A program made the translations under genes and the position numbers. A DNA stretch of 48,653 nucleotides from an uncultured archaeon (GTDB lineage: Archaea; Altiarchaeota; Altiarchaeia; IMC4; SCGC-AAA252-I15). Location of the stretch: contig CABMCB010000072.1 in assembly GCA_902384455.1 (NCBI GenBank), positions 1-48,653 on the forward strand. Direction: 5' to 3'. Every line of letters starts with the position of its first letter. The first letter of the stretch is position 1. Shown one piece after another: positions 1 to 9,321 of the stretch. The notes beneath the pieces are model-generated. The model worked only from the letters and a program-made list of their open reading frames with translations. It did not search any database and was not told the origin of the DNA.

Positions 1-451
1 TGGCTCTTAGGTTTGCTTGGGCGGGGTCTGGAGGAGTTATTGTTATGGTTCGTATTTTGGGGTTAAGCGTTGGGTCTGGTATTGGGGGTGGGCTTCCGTC
101 TGGTTTTCTGCCTGTGAGGCATTCGGTGAGGTTGATTATATTTTGGTCTATGTGGGCGTTGCCGTTTGTTCCTGGAACTCCGTTTCCTATGAATAGGAAT
201 ATGTCTTGGCGGCTTGTTTGTTGGGCGAAGTAGGCTTCTTCTTCATCGCTTTCTGTTTTGATTCTGAACTTCCACCTGCCTTTTCCTACTCCGTTCTCTA
301 TGTCGCGCAGTGTGCGCGTTATTGTCGTAAGTATCTGACTGTCTTCTCCCAGGATTAGGACGTTTATTTCTGGCGGGAGGTTTCTTAGTTCAGGCGGTTC
401 CGCTCGTGCTGCAGCACTTATTATGACTTCACGTCCGCTGTTGCGTGTCAC
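1..451 (-). CDS. Partial CDS (runs off left edge); pseudo-receiver-like hypothetical protein
   Basis: Not in the ORF track. Open frame from GTG at 451 to the window edge: VTRNSGRE...INVLILGEDSQILTTITRTLRD...FRIKTESDEEEAYFAQQTSRQDIFLFIG, resembling the beta1-alpha1-beta2-alpha2-beta3 pattern of a REC domain without the phospho-Asp. Confidence 0.55.
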   Translation of the reverse strand, partial: MTRNSGREVIISAAARAEPPELRNLPPEINVLILGEDSQILTTITRTLRDIENGVGKGRWKFRIKTESDEEEAYFAQQTSRQDIFLFIGNGVPGTNGNAHIDQNIINLTECLTGRKPDGSPPPIPDPTLNPKIRTITITPPDPAQANLRA

Positions 452-493
452 GTCTAAATAAAAAGCATGTTCAGGAAAAAAACGTTTAGTCGG

Positions 494-1570
494 TCACCTT
501 AGGACGTCTACGCCGCAGTTTACGGTTAGTAACTCCGGGTGCGGCCTCTGGCAGTAGGGTTCGAATTCTTTCTTTATCGGTTCGCTGCAGTCTATGGCCT
601 TGAATGGGGGGCAGTAGTATCCTGCGGGTGGTTTGGGTTTGTGGGTGTTTCTGTAGTCCCATCGCGACGTGTCCTCGAGGAGCATTTTGTGGCCGTATCT
701 GTTTTGGAGTTTTAGTAGTGTGTTGGGGTACTGTTTTTTGAGCCAGTAGGTGTCTTGTCCGTCGTCGTATGTTACGTTGATTATTTGGGCGGGTATGACT
801 CCTATTCCGGTGGTTACTACGTCTTCGCCTGAGTATGTGATTCTTGCGGTGTGGGCGGAAGGCGTTCTTACGCTGGTTGAGGCCATAGGGTCTAGTATCC
901 TTACGTACTGGCTGAATCCTTTTTCCATGGGGAGGCTTCTTAGGGCTATGGGCAGCTGGTCTTCGAAGAGGTCGCCTCTGTTGAGGATGACGTCTTCTTT
1001 CCCTTCTCCTTGTCCGGGCTCGGGGCTACGGTACAAAAGCGTGGGTTGATTCCAGTTTTGGAATTCCTTGTAAAGCATTCCCGGCCACTGCTGCGCGGAC
1101 ACCGTCGCCTTAAGCGGGAGGAATACGTTGTCGCGCTGGACGAGGAATTCCGCCATAATACTTGTCGGATAGTTTACGGCATTGTAGTCTTCAATTGTTG
1201 TGTAAGCGAGTATTGGCGTTGAGCCGGGCGTGTTGTTGAAATTTTTGACGTGGTATATGCCGTCGAAGTAGGCTGCTTCCGTGAGCGTTATCGTCTGGTA
1301 GTTTACTGGTTGGCCGTCGACTATTCTGCTGCTGTTGTATACGGCGTATTCTGTGGCGCCGTCGTCCCACATTTTGTTTTTGGCCCAGGAGAGGTTGTTT
1401 ATGGAGTTGTATGCGGTCTGTTGTATTGTGGGTTGAGGTAGTGTTGGGGGTGTTTTTGCGGGTTCATAACTTGTTGTTGTGGAAGTTGTTTGGTCTTCTC
1501 CCCCTCCAAGGCATCCTGCGGTGAAAAGGAGGATTAATGCGGCAAAGAGTATGCGGCAGCTCATATACAT
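494..1570 (-). CDS. Secreted lipoprotein of unknown function (beta-rich domain, Thr/Pro linker, Cys-rich C-terminal tail)
   Basis: Signal peptide with lipobox-like FTAGC, T/P/Q linker, WDDG..E.A.Y and EDQLP..LR motifs, C-terminal tail with 4 Cys. Confidence 0.7.
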   Translation of the reverse strand: MYMSCRILFAALILLFTAGCLGGGEDQTTSTTTSYEPAKTPPTLPQPTIQQTAYNSINNLSWAKNKMWDDGATEYAVYNSSRIVDGQPVNYQTITLTEAAYFDGIYHVKNFNNTPGSTPILAYTTIEDYNAVNYPTSIMAEFLVQRDNVFLPLKATVSAQQWPGMLYKEFQNWNQPTLLYRSPEPGQGEGKEDVILNRGDLFEDQLPIALRSLPMEKGFSQYVRILDPMASTSVRTPSAHTARITYSGEDVVTTGIGVIPAQIINVTYDDGQDTYWLKKQYPNTLLKLQNRYGHKMLLEDTSRWDYRNTHKPKPPAGYYCPPFKAIDCSEPIKKEFEPYCQRPHPELLTVNCGVDVLR

Positions 1571-1608
1571 GGAATTTGCAGTGCCCGCATATAAGCGTCC
1601 GTCCGCAT

Positions 1609-2415
1609 CTATCTGAAGCGGGCGAATGCGGCAGTTGCGAAAAACATCAACACCGACGTAAGCACCACCGCTCCTCCTGTCGCCACGTTTAAGTAGTACG
1701 CAAGCGTTATTCCCGCAGCCGCAGACGTCACACCATAAGCCAAAGAAAACGCGATTGCCTGCCTGAAATTGCGCGCTAAAAGTATTGCGGCCGCAGCCGG
1801 CACCACAAGGAAAGACGACACAAGAAGTATCCCCACTATCCTCATTCCGGCTACGACTGATACGGCGGTGATTAGCATAAGCATTAGGTTGAGTCGGTCG
1901 ACTTGCAGGCCTGATGCTCTTGCTGAGTCTTCGTCGAATGTGGCGTAGGCAAGCTGCCTTCCGGTCAAAGCAACCGCCGTGAAGACGATTACTGCGAGTG
2001 CTGCGACAAACAGTATGTCTGTTGTTGTGACTGAAAGCAGGCTTCCGAAGAGGTAGCTAAGGAGGTTTACGTTGAATCCTGCGCTTGCGGAAGCGGCAAC
2101 CACCCCCAAAGCTAATCCTCCGCTGCAAAGTATCTGCACCGCCGCTTCCCCGTAAACTCCCGCGCGGCCCTTAAGGTAGTTTATCAGGAAGACCCCAATC
2201 ACTGAAGCGATTAACGCGAGAGGCAGAGGTGCCGCTCCAAAAAGAAGCCCCAACGCGATTCCTGCAAAAGCTATGTTGGCTAGTCCTTCGCCTATGTTGC
2301 TTAGGCGTTTGAGCACTATGAAGATGCCTACGACGCTTAATGTCGCAGCTGAAAGCAGTCCCGCCATGTATGCGCGCTGCATGAACCCGTAGGTGAGGAA
2401 GTCCGGGAGGTTCAT
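1609..2415 (-). CDS. znuB: Zn/Mn ABC transporter permease
   Basis: ABC-3 family motifs: FMQRA, LLSYLFGSLL, TFDEDSARASG, VGILLVSSFLVVPAAAA. Confidence 0.9.
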   Translation of the reverse strand: MNLPDFLTYGFMQRAYMAGLLSAATLSVVGIFIVLKRLSNIGEGLANIAFAGIALGLLFGAAPLPLALIASVIGVFLINYLKGRAGVYGEAAVQILCSGGLALGVVAASASAGFNVNLLSYLFGSLLSVTTTDILFVAALAVIVFTAVALTGRQLAYATFDEDSARASGLQVDRLNLMLMLITAVSVVAGMRIVGILLVSSFLVVPAAAAILLARNFRQAIAFSLAYGVTSAAAGITLAYYLNVATGGAVVLTSVLMFFATAAFARFR

Positions 2416-3179
2416 CCTTTTTCCTCCGCGTTGTGGTGATGGTGGTGGAGTATCTGCTGGTTACCGAAAATCTGCTTGATTCTATCTTCAGTGAACTCCT
2501 TTGAGGGGCAGTGGTAGAAGAGGTTTCCTGCCAGGCAGACTATCCTGTTTGCGTGCTGGGTTATTACTCCTATGTCGTGGCTTACCATGATTATTGTCAT
2601 CCCCTCTTTGTTGAACTCGTGAAGCAGGTCGTAGAACCTTTCGTGGCTTTCAACGTCCACCCCCGCGGTAGGTTCATCAAGGACAAGCAGCCTGGGCTTT
2701 TGGGCAAGCGCCCGCGCGATGAACGCCCGCTGCTTCTGGCCGCCGGAAAGCTCTCCGATTCGTCGGTCGGCAAGGTCTAGTATTCCCACCTTACTTAAGG
2801 CGTCATCGACTATACGCCGGTCTTCCCCAGCAATTGACGGCCCCATGCTGCTGGCAGAAAGGCGGCCCATTGTTACTACGTCTCTTACTGAGGCTGGGAA
2901 GTGGATGTCGAATGATGTTGCCGTCTGGGGCACGTATCCTATAAGGTGTTTTTCTTTGAACTGTCGTTGAGGTTTGCCGAAGAGCCGTATTTCGCCGCAT
3001 TTGGGCGTAAGCAGTCCCAGAATGAGTTTGACCAAAGTGGTTTTTCCTCCGCCGTTGGGTCCAACAAGCCCCACGAAGTCGCCTTCCTCGATGACTAAGT
3101 TGACTTTGTCAAGGACTGATACTGGGCCGTATGAGAAGCATGCTTCGTGGACTTCTACGACGGGATTCTTCATTTTCAT
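2412..3179 (-). CDS. znuC: Zn/Mn ABC transporter ATPase
   Basis: Walker A GPNGGGKT, LSGGQKQR signature, LDEPT, SHD, His5 tail; start chosen at the ATGA overlap with the upstream stop. Confidence 0.9.
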   Translation of the reverse strand: MKMKNPVVEVHEACFSYGPVSVLDKVNLVIEEGDFVGLVGPNGGGKTTLVKLILGLLTPKCGEIRLFGKPQRQFKEKHLIGYVPQTATSFDIHFPASVRDVVTMGRLSASSMGPSIAGEDRRIVDDALSKVGILDLADRRIGELSGGQKQRAFIARALAQKPRLLVLDEPTAGVDVESHERFYDLLHEFNKEGMTIIMVSHDIGVITQHANRIVCLAGNLFYHCPSKEFTEDRIKQIFGNQQILHHHHHNAEEKG

Positions 3180-4105
3180 GTTGCTCCTTTGCATCCGAGC
3201 GCCGTCTTCAGCGCATCAAGGTCTTCGCTAAGTATGTCTAAATAAGTTTTTCCTGCGGCAAATTCTTCGGCTGAAATCTCGTGCGCAGTCGAAACGTCCT
3301 CCACTTTGATGTTGGCTTCGCTTGCGACCGTTTCCGCAATCTTTGGCGACGCGGTTTTCTCAAGAAGGATGACGGTTGCGTTGAACCGGCGGGCTGTCGA
3401 GACTGCTGCCTCCAAGTCCCTTGGCGCAATCTCGGATTCAGGCGAAAGGCCTTGCAGGTAAATTTGCGTGAAATTGTAGCGTGCGGCGGGATAAGCGAGG
3501 AATTCGTGGTTTGTGAGTACTACGCGGCGGGCGCAGGACGAAAGTTCCTTTTTGTAGCTGGCATCAAGCGCCTCAAGTTTCATTCGGTACTTCTCGGCAT
3601 TTTTCATGTAGTCTCCGGCATGCGAAGGGTCTTTTTCTATGAACGCGGAAAGTATCGCATCAATCTGCGTCTGCGCAAGCACAGGGTCCTGGAACACATG
3701 GGGGTCAGGAGAGCCGGCCGAAACTTCGCCGCTTACCCCACTGAATATAAGCGGAGTAATATTTGCGGACGCATCCACAACCAAAAGATTCACGTTGCCA
3801 GCTGATCCCACAATCTTGTATGCCCACGGCTCAAGGCCCAGGCCGTTTATAATGAAAATGTCTGCGGACGCAATTTCCTTCGCTTTTTGGGGTGTTGGCT
3901 CGTAGCTGTGGGTTTCGCTTCCGGGAGGAACTAAAAGTGTGACGTCGGCGTATTCGTCCCCGATGTTTTTCGCCATGTCGTAGAGAGAGAAGATTGTGGC
4001 CACAACATCAATTTTTCCAGTCGAGTTCTGCTGTGTAGTGCCGTTTAGGCAGCCTGCGGAAAACACAATAAACAAGAGCAAAACGGCAGGCTTCTTCCCA
4101 TCCAT
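3176..4105 (-). CDS. znuA: Zn/Mn ABC substrate-binding lipoprotein (cluster A-I)
   Basis: Lipobox FSAGC; ETHSYEPTP, NGLGLEPW, DPHVF and NHEFLAY metal-ligand motifs; likely start MDGKKP at 4105. Confidence 0.88.
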   Translation of the reverse strand: MDGKKPAVLLLFIVFSAGCLNGTTQQNSTGKIDVVATIFSLYDMAKNIGDEYADVTLLVPPGSETHSYEPTPQKAKEIASADIFIINGLGLEPWAYKIVGSAGNVNLLVVDASANITPLIFSGVSGEVSAGSPDPHVFQDPVLAQTQIDAILSAFIEKDPSHAGDYMKNAEKYRMKLEALDASYKKELSSCARRVVLTNHEFLAYPAARYNFTQIYLQGLSPESEIAPRDLEAAVSTARRFNATVILLEKTASPKIAETVASEANIKVEDVSTAHEISAEEFAAGKTYLDILSEDLDALKTALGCKGAT

Positions 4106-4117
4106 ACCGTTGCTTGG

Positions 4118-4147
4118 GTTATTAATATTTATAAATAAGTTAATAAC
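4118..4147. promoter_or_regulatory. Inverted-repeat operator over the divergent znuA / NikR-like promoters
   Basis: GTTATTAA-N14-TTAATAAC enclosing TATTTATAAATA; core TTATTA-N16-TAATAA has NikR-operator geometry. Confidence 0.6.
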
Positions 4148-4178
4148 ATTCCGGCGAAACCCAAAGGAAATTATTAAA

Positions 4179-4562
4179 ATGACAATAGTAAGCCTGTCTC
4201 TGCCTGAAAACCAGCTTATGGAACTCGACGCAATAGCCCGCAAAGGCGGATACGGCGGAAGAAGCGACGCGCTGCGAGCGGCAGTAAAACTGCTCTCCAA
4301 AGAGCACTCCAAAGAAAAATCCATAAAAGGCCGAGTATCCGGCGCGCTTCTTCTTCTGCACGACGAAAAAGACGAAGCCGCATTCACGGAAGCACGCCAC
4401 CGCTACGAAGGCCTAATCAAGACGCTCGTCCACAACCAGCTGGGCAACGACAAATGCCTCGAAGTGTTCATATTCGAAGGAGACGCCGCCGACGTCCAAG
4501 ACCTCATAAAGGCCCTCAGGAAAAGCGGCAAAGCAGAAGACATAAAACTCGTCGTCGCGTAA
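4179..4562 (+). CDS. NikR-family (RHH + ACT-like) metal-responsive regulator
   Basis: MTIVSLSL...GYGGRSDALR RHH domain; ARH...VHNQL..DKCLEVFIFEG metal-binding domain. Confidence 0.85.
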   Translation: MTIVSLSLPENQLMELDAIARKGGYGGRSDALRAAVKLLSKEHSKEKSIKGRVSGALLLLHDEKDEAAFTEARHRYEGLIKTLVHNQLGNDKCLEVFIFEGDAADVQDLIKALRKSGKAEDIKLVVA

Positions 4563-4624
4563 GGCGGGCTTTTTTAATCTTGTCTCCTAATTTCACCGAG
4601 TCAGTTTCATATTTGGTGAACATA

Positions 4625-6901
4625 ATGGTTGTTTCAACAAGCTTGGGTTACCCGCCGATTGGACGTGCTCGTGAGACGAAGTTTGCGGTAGAGAAATTCC
4701 TTAAGGGGGAGATTACTGAAGTTCAGCTTAAGATTGAGGCGGACAAAGTACGCGACCAGATTTACCTGGCCCACAAGGACGCGGGCATCGACCTCATACC
4801 CGGCAACCAGTTCACATACTACGACTTCATGTTCGACTTGTCGCTCACGTTCGGCATGCTGCCGGACGCAGTCGTTAAAGGCGACATGAAAGCGTATTTC
4901 GCTTCTGCGAAAAGCTGGGATATGACAAGGTGGTTCACCACAAACTACTACATACTGCCGCCCATATTCGAAGGCAAACCTTTTGCGCTCGCAAGAAATT
5001 TGGCTTTAGAAGACTTCGAGTACCACAAAAAGAAGTTTTCCGCCAAAATCAAGCCGGTCATAGTGGGGCCGCTTTCTTTCGTCCTTGCGGGGAAGAACAA
5101 AAGCAAGAAGACGACTGAGGCGCTGGTCATGGAAGTCGCCGCAGTATACCAGACGTTAATAGCGCAGCTGGAGAAGGCCGGCTGCGTGGACGTCCAGATT
5201 GACGAGCCTATGGCGCTTAAGTTTCCTGAGCACATGGGGCTTTTGGAGAAGGCGCTTGTTGCACTCCGCCCCTCAAACTCTAAAATCAGAATCCACCTTG
5301 CGACGTACTTCGACGATGCGGGAGAGCATGTTGAAAAGCTGATGAAGATGCCCGCTGACGTCGTCTGTTTCGACGTAATCGAAGGGAGAAACGCGTTGAG
5401 GAAGTTGCGCGACGGAAAGCTGGTGCCCAAAGGGAAGAAAGTCGGGGTTGGGGCAATACACGGCAGAAATATCTGGCGTGCCAACCTGCATGAAGCAGTG
5501 AAGGAGACGCGGAAGGTTGCCGACTCAATCGGGACGGAAAACGTCTACGTCCACTCAAGCTGCAGCCTCCAGTACGTTCCCCACACTCTCAGCGCCGAGC
5601 CGCGGATGAAATCCGAGATCCGCCAGCTTATGGCGTTTTCCGACGAAAAGCTCAAGGAGATTGCCGTCGTAGCCAAAGGAGTCAACAAAGGCGACGCCGC
5701 AATCCGCACTGAGCTTGCCGCAGAAGAAAAGCACATCGCCACACTTCGCGACATAGTCTACGATGCCAAAGTGGCGAACCGGATGAAGGCGCTGACTGAA
5801 AAAGAATTCACCCGCCCGCCTTTCACCGAACGCCAGAAGGCGCAAAAAAAGGCGCTCAACCTCCCCCCGCTTTTCACTTCCACAATCGGAAGCTTCCCTC
5901 AGACGCAGGAAATCCGCAAAGCCCGCGCAGACTACAAGAAAGCGAAAACCGACCTTGACGCAGGAAAAATAACCAAAGACGCATTCGCAAAAGCGGAAGC
6001 CGCATACAAGACATTCATCAAATCTGAGATAAAGAAAGTCATAGAACTCCAGGAAAAAATAGGAATCGACGTCCTAGTGCACGGAGAGCCTGAAAGAAGC
6101 GACATGGTCGAATACTTCGCCGAACAACTCAAAGGAGTCGTCACAAGCGAAAACGGCTGGGTAAAATCATACGGCACAAGATGCGTACGACCCCCAATAA
6201 TATACGGCGACGTATCAAGGCCCACACCGATGACCGTGGAGTGGATTACTTACGCTCAGAGCTTGACGAAGAAGCCGGTGAAAGGCATGCTGACTGCGCC
6301 GACCACAATATACAACTGGAGCTTCACCCGCGTAGACATACCCCTATCCGAATCAGTCAACCAGATAGCGCTCGCGCTACGCGACGAAATAGCAGACCTA
6401 GAGAAAGCAGGAATCAAGATAATCCAGGTGGACGAACCCGCCCTCATAGAACGGATGCCGCCCCACGAACCGGCAAAAACCAAATACCTCGAAGACGTAG
6501 TCCGAGCATTCAGGCTCGCCACCGCAGGAGTAACAGCAGCAACCCAAATAGTAACGCACATGTGCTACGGAAACTTCGGCGAAATATACCCAAAACTACT
6601 CGAAATGGAAGCCGACGTATTCACATTCGAACTAACCAAAAGCGGCCACGACCTCTACCCCCAATTCACAAACCCCATATTCACACGCGGAATAGGCGTC
6701 GGAATATTCGACGTACACAACCCCAAAGTAGACGCCAAAGAAACAATCAAAAACCGCATAAAAGAAGCCACATCCAAATTCCCCCTCGAACTAATATCCA
6801 TAGTCCCAGACTGCGGCCTAAAAACCCGCGGATACGAGGAGACCGTGCCCATGCTCACCAACATGGTTGAGGCTGTGAAAGACGTTCGAAAGACGCTTTA
6901 G
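4625..6901 (+). CDS. metE: Cobalamin-independent methionine synthase, full-length two-barrel form
   Basis: MTRWFTTNYY, VQIDEP, TIGSFPQT, HGEPERSDMVEYF, SYGTRCVRPP, THMCY and PDCGLKTR Zn ligands; ATG at 4625. Confidence 0.95.
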   Translation: MVVSTSLGYPPIGRARETKFAVEKFLKGEITEVQLKIEADKVRDQIYLAHKDAGIDLIPGNQFTYYDFMFDLSLTFGMLPDAVVKGDMKAYFASAKSWDMTRWFTTNYYILPPIFEGKPFALARNLALEDFEYHKKKFSAKIKPVIVGPLSFVLAGKNKSKKTTEALVMEVAAVYQTLIAQLEKAGCVDVQIDEPMALKFPEHMGLLEKALVALRPSNSKIRIHLATYFDDAGEHVEKLMKMPADVVCFDVIEGRNALRKLRDGKLVPKGKKVGVGAIHGRNIWRANLHEAVKETRKVADSIGTENVYVHSSCSLQYVPHTLSAEPRMKSEIRQLMAFSDEKLKEIAVVAKGVNKGDAAIRTELAAEEKHIATLRDIVYDAKVANRMKALTEKEFTRPPFTERQKAQKKALNLPPLFTSTIGSFPQTQEIRKARADYKKAKTDLDAGKITKDAFAKAEAAYKTFIKSEIKKVIELQEKIGIDVLVHGEPERSDMVEYFAEQLKGVVTSENGWVKSYGTRCVRPPIIYGDVSRPTPMTVEWITYAQSLTKKPVKGMLTAPTTIYNWSFTRVDIPLSESVNQIALALRDEIADLEKAGIKIIQVDEPALIERMPPHEPAKTKYLEDVVRAFRLATAGVTAATQIVTHMCYGNFGEIYPKLLEMEADVFTFELTKSGHDLYPQFTNPIFTRGIGVGIFDVHNPKVDAKETIKNRIKEATSKFPLELISIVPDCGLKTRGYEETVPMLTNMVEAVKDVRKTL

Positions 6902-6922
6902 TCTTTGCGTGGCGGATAGTTT

Positions 6923-6938
6923 GTTAACTATCGTGAAC
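6923..6938. promoter_or_regulatory. Operator upstream of feoA
   Basis: GTTAACTATCGTGAAC, 13/14 match to TTAACTATCGTTAA, adjacent to a T-rich TATA-like element about 30 bp before the feoA ATG. Confidence 0.7.
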
Positions 6939-6973
6939 TTTTTTTAGGGTGGATTCCCAATAGAAACAAAAAA

Positions 6974-7249
6974 ATGCCGGAATTCCCCCTAGACCCAAAC
7001 AAAGACGAAGACATACCCTCACCTCCAGTTTGCACCCCACTATCGCAACTTAAGGAAGGCGAAGAAGCAGTAGTAACAGGATTCATAGGCGGCTGCGCAT
7101 TCACACAACGCCTAACAGAAATGGGCCTAAGAAGAAACGCCAAAATCAGAGTCCTAGTCTCACACGGCGGCGCAGTCGTAATACAAACAGGAAACGTGAA
7201 AATAGCGGTAGGCCTAAACATGGCCCGCAGGATACTAGCGAGGAGGTAG
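6974..7249 (+). CDS. feoA: Ferrous iron transport protein A
   Basis: PLSQLKEGEEAVV...QRLTEMGL...IAVGLNMARRI FeoA pattern; directly before feoB. Confidence 0.9.
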   Translation: MPEFPLDPNKDEDIPSPPVCTPLSQLKEGEEAVVTGFIGGCAFTQRLTEMGLRRNAKIRVLVSHGGAVVIQTGNVKIAVGLNMARRILARR

Positions 7250-7252
7250 AGT

Positions 7253-9301
7253 TTGGAAATACGCGTCGCACTGATAGGCAACCCCAACGTAGGCAAAACC
7301 GCGCTATTCAACGCATTAACCGGCTCCCGACAGCACGTAGGCAACTGGCCCGGCGTCACCGTAGAAAAAAAGGAAGGATTCTACACCCACAATGACGTCT
7401 CATACCACGTCGTAGACCTGCCAGGAACATACGGCCTGACCGCACGCTCAACGACAGAGGCTATAGCGCGAAACTTTCTTTTTGAGGAAAAGCCCGGCAT
7501 AGTCGTGAACATCATAGACTCATCCAACATTGAAAGAAACCTGTATCTTACTCTGCTTTTGCTTGAAGCTGAAGCCAACGTCATCGTAGCCCTCAACATG
7601 ACTGACATCGCCACGCACAGAGGCAACGTAGTAGACGCCAAAAAGCTCGGTGAGTTGCTCGGCGTTCCGGTCGTACCGACTGTAGCGGCGAAGGGCGTGG
7701 GCATCGAAGACCTAAAGGAGGCGGTACGTGCAGCGCCAAAAAGAAAAAACGCGTTTCAACATCCATCATACGGCGAGGCGGAGAAATACATACGTCAATT
7801 AGAAGAAGCAGTGCGAAAAGACGAAGACCTTCTGAATAAAGCCACGTCATTCTGGATTGCAACGCGCATCCTCGAAGGAGACCCCGACATCACAGCCCTC
7901 GTTAGCGCCTCAAACAGCAAAAAAAAGATCCTTGACGCCGTCTCCGAAGCAAAAAAAGGGTTGTGCGATGAACCCCGCATAGTTTTAGCCGACGCCCGAT
8001 ACGCTGCCGCAGAGAAGATAACGCGCAGCGTTCTCGTCCAAGACCACACTAAAGAGACCTCAACATCAGAGAAACTCGACCGAATACTACTCCACAAAAT
8101 ACTAGCCATACCCCTAGTCCTATTCCTCATGTGGGCGGCCTTCAATCTCACTTTCACCGTTTCAGCTCCCTTCGTAAGCCTCATAGAATCCGGGTTCTCA
8201 TATGTTGGGGCAGCTGTGGATGGCCGCATAGCGAATGCGGAGTTGAATTCTTTGGTTGTGTATGGGGTTATCGGTGGGTGGGGTTCTATTGTTGCGTTCC
8301 TTCCGCCGATATTTTTCATGTTTCTTGTGTTGTCTTTTCTTGAGGAGAGCGGTTATATGGTGAGGGCTGCTTTCGTTATGGATCGGTTCATGTCTGTTAT
8401 GGGTTTGTCGGGGCGTTCGTTTATTCCGTTCGTTCTTGGTTTTGGCTGTAACGTTCCGGCGATACTGTCTACGCGTGCTATAGATGATCGTAAGGAGCGT
8501 TTTGTGACTTTGCTTGTCACTCCCCTTATGAGTTGTCAGGCGAGGCTTCCGGTCTATATTCTGGTTGGCGGTGCCTTTTTTGGGGAATATGCTGGTTCGG
8601 TGGTATTCTCTTTGTATCTTTTGGGTATTGTGTTTGCTGTTCTTATGGCTCAGGTGCTTCGGAAATTCGTCTTTTTGGGTGAGCCTGAGCCATTGTTTAT
8701 GGAGTTGCCGCCTTATCATGCGCCGGATTTTGCGGCAATGTTGCGTCATGCGTGGCGGCGGTGCATGATGTTTTTGCGTAAGGCGGCGACGGTGCTTTTT
8801 GTTGGCTCCCTTTTAATGTGGTTTGTATGTACTCATCCGTGGGGTGTAGGCGGCATCGGGGAGTCTTACGCTGGTATGGTGGGGAAGGTGCTTCAGCCGT
8901 TGTTTTCTCCGCTTGGTTTCACATGGCGGGGTGTTGTGGCGCTCTTGTCTGGTTTCATTGCGAAGGAAATCGTCGTTGGGACTATGGGTGTTTTGTATGG
9001 TGTTGGTGGCAATGAGGCTGCTCTCCAGGTTTCCATTGCGCATGATATGACGCCGCTTACCGCGTACGCTTTCATGGCGTTTGTCTTAATCTATACTCCT
9101 TGTCTTGCGACGATATCCGTAATATGGTCTGAGACTGCTTCGCGCAGGTGGGCTTTGTTTTCCGTTGGATACAGTATTGCGCTGGCGTATTTGGTGGCGT
9201 TGGCCATTACTTTCGGGGGGGCGTTTGTTGGGTCTGGTGTGAGCTCGTGTGTGAGTGTGCTGACTGAGTGTGCGTTTTTGGCGCTTTTAACGGCGACTTA
9301 A
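7253..9301 (+). CDS. feoB: Ferrous iron transport protein B
   Basis: GNPNVGKT, VGNWPGVTVE, DLPG, NMTD GTPase motifs; LEESGYM, GFGCNVPA, AKEIVVG, YTPC membrane motifs; TTG start. Confidence 0.95.
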   Translation: MEIRVALIGNPNVGKTALFNALTGSRQHVGNWPGVTVEKKEGFYTHNDVSYHVVDLPGTYGLTARSTTEAIARNFLFEEKPGIVVNIIDSSNIERNLYLTLLLLEAEANVIVALNMTDIATHRGNVVDAKKLGELLGVPVVPTVAAKGVGIEDLKEAVRAAPKRKNAFQHPSYGEAEKYIRQLEEAVRKDEDLLNKATSFWIATRILEGDPDITALVSASNSKKKILDAVSEAKKGLCDEPRIVLADARYAAAEKITRSVLVQDHTKETSTSEKLDRILLHKILAIPLVLFLMWAAFNLTFTVSAPFVSLIESGFSYVGAAVDGRIANAELNSLVVYGVIGGWGSIVAFLPPIFFMFLVLSFLEESGYMVRAAFVMDRFMSVMGLSGRSFIPFVLGFGCNVPAILSTRAIDDRKERFVTLLVTPLMSCQARLPVYILVGGAFFGEYAGSVVFSLYLLGIVFAVLMAQVLRKFVFLGEPEPLFMELPPYHAPDFAAMLRHAWRRCMMFLRKAATVLFVGSLLMWFVCTHPWGVGGIGESYAGMVGKVLQPLFSPLGFTWRGVVALLSGFIAKEIVVGTMGVLYGVGGNEAALQVSIAHDMTPLTAYAFMAFVLIYTPCLATISVIWSETASRRWALFSVGYSIALAYLVALAITFGGAFVGSGVSSCVSVLTECAFLALLTAT

Positions 9302-9321
9302 CTATATTTAACAATGGCTAA
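9298..9321. promoter_or_regulatory. Tandem operator sites at the start of the HTH regulator gene (possible autoregulation)
   Basis: TTAACTATATTTAA (9298-9311) and TTAACAATGGCTAA (9308-9321), offset by 10 bp. Confidence 0.55.

Noticed and set aside
4106-4624. Long N-terminal extensions of the znuA, NikR-like and metE ORFs in the track
   Set aside because: They overlap promoters or neighbouring genes; homology begins at 4105, 4179 and 4625
4604-4640. GTTTCA copies near the metE start
   Set aside because: Only two hexamers 27 bp apart, one inside the coding sequence; compatible with chance
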